DNA from: an uncultured Acidobacteriota bacterium
GTDB lineage: Bacteria > Acidobacteriota > UBA6911
Direction: 5' to 3'
DNA: 11,003 nt
Assembly (NCBI GenBank): GCA_963827655.1
Contig: CAWHCF010000024.1
Span: forward strand, 1-11,003
Shown here: one piece after another, positions 8,709 through 11,003 of the stretch
How positions within the stretch are numbered: the stretch's first letter is position 1
How the letters are laid out: each line of letters begins with the position of its first letter
Position numbers and translations under genes: made by a program
Notes under the pieces: model-generated
The model's database searches: none
Told to the model about the DNA's origin: nothing
The model's input: the letters and a program-made list of their open reading frames with translations, nothing else

Positions 8709-8812
8709 AGGCTTCAGGCTCACCCCTCGTGTTTTTTCGTGTCCTTTCGGCAAAGTTGCAAGACCGCTACGCTCACGGCATTTTGCACGCGCAATACCAC
8801 GAAACATCTAAT

Positions 8813-10786
8813 CTAACGGAAGCTCAGCCCGATCAATTCTGCCGGTTGCGATGCGCCGCCGACTGGTATCACGATGTACTGTTTGCCTCCGACCATGTAT
8901 GTAAGCGGCGCCCCCGTCGCATTTGCGGCCAGCGGAATCTTTGCGATCAGGTGACCATCGCTTGGATCGAGTGCAAGTAGTGCCGGGTCCAAAATCTTCG
9001 TTTCCAGCTCGATGGCATTTCCTCTCGGAGAGATGCCACGCAAACCAGTCACGGGCCCTTCCTGAGCGACGAACAGTAATGATTTCGTTAATAGAACGAA
9101 GCTGCGGTAGGGCCAACCTAGTTGGGGAAGGTTGAGATGTTGCAAGGCCGTGTGTTTCGTCGGCCCATCCCCTATGGGGCGCATCCACAGATGCTCACCG
9201 GTGTTCAGATCGATCGCGGTGACTCTTCCATAAGGAGGCTTCACGAGAGGGAGGCCTTGCGGTCCATCAGGGCCGAATTGCAGAAGCCCCGTATAGCGGT
9301 AAGCAGGTTGGCTACCGTTCCCTTTGCGCACCTGGAGGATCACCGGACCGCTAATAGAGGGGACGTACAGCACCCCCCTCCCAGGATCCACTGCCGCTCC
9401 AGCCCAACTCGCGCCACCCAGCGCCCCAGGAAGCGCGATGGTGCCGTTCTCACTAGGTGGCGTGAACAATGGCCCGTAGGTGTAGTTCCTAACGATCTGG
9501 AGGGCTGCCTCCCGCAGCGCGGGTGTGAAATCAATCAAATCCTCTAGACTAAGACCCTGTCGGTCGAATGGGGCGGGTTTCTTAGGGTATGGTTGCGTGT
9601 GAGACGTCTTCTCTCCAGGCACTCTCGATTGGGGAACGGGACGTTCTTCTATTGGCCAAACCGGTTCACCCGTGACGCGGTCGAGGACATAGACGAAACC
9701 TTGCTTAGAAACCTGCGCAACCGCCCTGATGCGTCGGCCGTTGACCGTGATGTCCAACAGGTTCGGTGCAGCCGGAAGATCGTAGTCCCACAGCCCGTGA
9801 TGCACTGCCTGAAAATGCCAAACGTGATTGCCGGTTCTGGCATCGATGGCGACCAGACTTTCGGCGAAGAGATTTGCGCCGGGGCGACGACCGCCATAAT
9901 AATCGTTCGTCGCCGTACCGAAGGGTAGATAGACGTATCCGAGCTTCTCATCGCAGCTCATCAATGACCATACGTTCGCATCTCCGGTGTGCTTCCACGA
10001 GTCGTTCTCCCATGTTTCCACACCCGCGTTCTGCCCTTGCGGAATCGACTCGAAGCGCCATCGCAACCGGCCTGATCGTACGTCGAATCCCCGCACGTCA
10101 CCTGGCGGCATCTCCGCCGGCAATGGAATGGTCAATGATGAGTCAATATCGAGAATCGACGCGCCAACCACCACCGTGTCGCGACAAACGATCGGGGGTG
10201 AAGTGACACCGTAGAACGTGTGATCGACGGGACGGCGGAGCCCTCGGGTGAGGTCAATTTGGCCCGCCTGACCGAAGCCTGGAATCGGCTTCCCTGTTCT
10301 TGCATTGATCGCAATCAGGCGGGCATCTCCAGTCCCGATCAACACCCGCTTATCGTCTCCTGTTTCCCAGTAGGCGACGCCCCGATGCACGAACCCGCCG
10401 CCCGGAGGTGTTCCCTGTTTGTAGCTTTCCGGGTCGTAGCTCCAGATAGTTTTTCCGGTCGCAGCGTCGATAGCCGCTACCTGGCTCATCGAGGTGCTTG
10501 TGTAAAGAATGCCGTCAGCCATCACAGGTGTGGCTTCATTTTTCCAGGTCCAGAGCTTCGAATTTGCACGTAGCAGATGCTGATCGATAGATGCCCATCG
10601 CCAAGCTATTTCAAGCCGTTCGACGTTGCTCTTATTGATCTGATCAAGGGCGGCATATTTGGTGCTGGCTGCGTCGGATCCATACGACCTCCACTCCCCA
10701 GTTTTCTCAGTTCTGGCGCAGAAGAACAGAATACTGGCGCAGACCATGGCGATGGCAGTACACAGGTAGCGCCGGTCGCGTTGCAC
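8813..10786 (-). CDS. PQQ-dependent dehydrogenase, glucose/quinate dehydrogenase family, lacking the N-terminal multi-TM anchor
   Basis: Intact ORF. Motifs: EWRSYG..ASTKYAALDQINKSNVERLEIAWRW, EATPVMADGILY, AIDAATGKTIW, RGVAYW, PGDVRGFDVRSGRLRW, ANVWSLMSCD, HFQAVHHGLWDYDLPAAP, SKQGFVYVLDRVTGEPVWPIEERPVP, KPPYGRVTAIDLNTG, PLTYMVGGKQYIV. The start is uncertain: GTG 10786 gives a plausible signal peptide (MQRDRRYLCTAIAMVCASILFFC), while the open frame extends to 10927 and beyond. Confidence 0.9.
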   Translation of the reverse strand: MQRDRRYLCTAIAMVCASILFFCARTEKTGEWRSYGSDAASTKYAALDQINKSNVERLEIAWRWASIDQHLLRANSKLWTWKNEATPVMADGILYTSTSMSQVAAIDAATGKTIWSYDPESYKQGTPPGGGFVHRGVAYWETGDDKRVLIGTGDARLIAINARTGKPIPGFGQAGQIDLTRGLRRPVDHTFYGVTSPPIVCRDTVVVGASILDIDSSLTIPLPAEMPPGDVRGFDVRSGRLRWRFESIPQGQNAGVETWENDSWKHTGDANVWSLMSCDEKLGYVYLPFGTATNDYYGGRRPGANLFAESLVAIDARTGNHVWHFQAVHHGLWDYDLPAAPNLLDITVNGRRIRAVAQVSKQGFVYVLDRVTGEPVWPIEERPVPQSRVPGEKTSHTQPYPKKPAPFDRQGLSLEDLIDFTPALREAALQIVRNYTYGPLFTPPSENGTIALPGALGGASWAGAAVDPGRGVLYVPSISGPVILQVRKGNGSQPAYRYTGLLQFGPDGPQGLPLVKPPYGRVTAIDLNTGEHLWMRPIGDGPTKHTALQHLNLPQLGWPYRSFVLLTKSLLFVAQEGPVTGLRGISPRGNAIELETKILDPALLALDPSDGHLIAKIPLAANATGAPLTYMVGGKQYIVIPVGGASQPAELIGLSFR

Positions 10787-10881
10787 CCGGCGGACGATCT
10801 TCCGGTGCTTGGGCGCATGGCCAATAATCCTATCGGATGTCGTCTTCACAGCGGGCCGCGTTTCTTGGCATTTCAGGATCG

Positions 10882-11003
10882 CTATCGGCCTAGCCAAGAT
10901 AATCCTTTTCGGCCATGGACAGTACACGATATTACGCCGGTGAAGGCCTGGGCCAGTTGCTCGCGGTAGTTCTCGAAACCGACGAACCGTATCGAGTGCT
11001 TGG
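10882..11003 (-). CDS. Possible 3' end of an upstream gene, product unknown (partial)
   Basis: The minus frame from 11001 reads KHSIRFVGFENYREQLAQAFTG with mostly G/C third positions and stops at TAG 10884-10882. It could instead end at TAA 10934-10932 if there is one more extra base. Too short to assign. Confidence 0.3.
   Translation of the reverse strand, partial: KHSIRFVGFENYREQLAQAFTGVISCTVHGRKGLSWLGR

Noticed and set aside
8709-8812. Intrinsic terminator between the convergent oxidase and PQQ genes
   Set aside because: Only weak, interrupted pairing is visible (TGCAAGA-CCG...CGG-CA-TTTTGCA; TTTCGTG...CACGAAA). The T-run near 8732 has no strong GC stem directly before it.
9779-9790. WDYD motif read as a lanthanide-binding (XoxF/ExaF-like) signature
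   Set aside because: D-x-D at this position is also normal in the glucose dehydrogenase family (WDMD in Gcd), and the protein lacks the vicinal Cys-Cys of methanol/alcohol dehydrogenases. It is not diagnostic.

Overview
GC-rich bacterial DNA. The gene families suggest Acidobacteriota or a PVC-type organism (inference). Five exported or envelope proteins are encoded in alternating orientation: a PSD1/planctomycete cytochrome c (DUF1549/DUF1553) protein followed by a DUF1501 protein (+); an Oar-like TonB-dependent receptor (-); a Tat-signal FAD-dependent D-amino-acid-oxidase-family protein (+); and a PQQ-dependent glucose-dehydrogenase-family protein (-). Three of these genes are broken by six frameshifts. 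Each is repaired by removing one base, which looks like insertion-type sequencing error rather than decay. The most interesting observations are (1) the D-amino acid oxidase appears circularly permuted, with its normally C-terminal GLRP/HNYGHGG/SWG motifs ahead of the Rossmann GxGxxG motif, and (2) a ~95 bp nested inverted repeat (REP/REPIN-like) in the divergent region between the receptor and the oxidase, next to a near-consensus sigma70 promoter.
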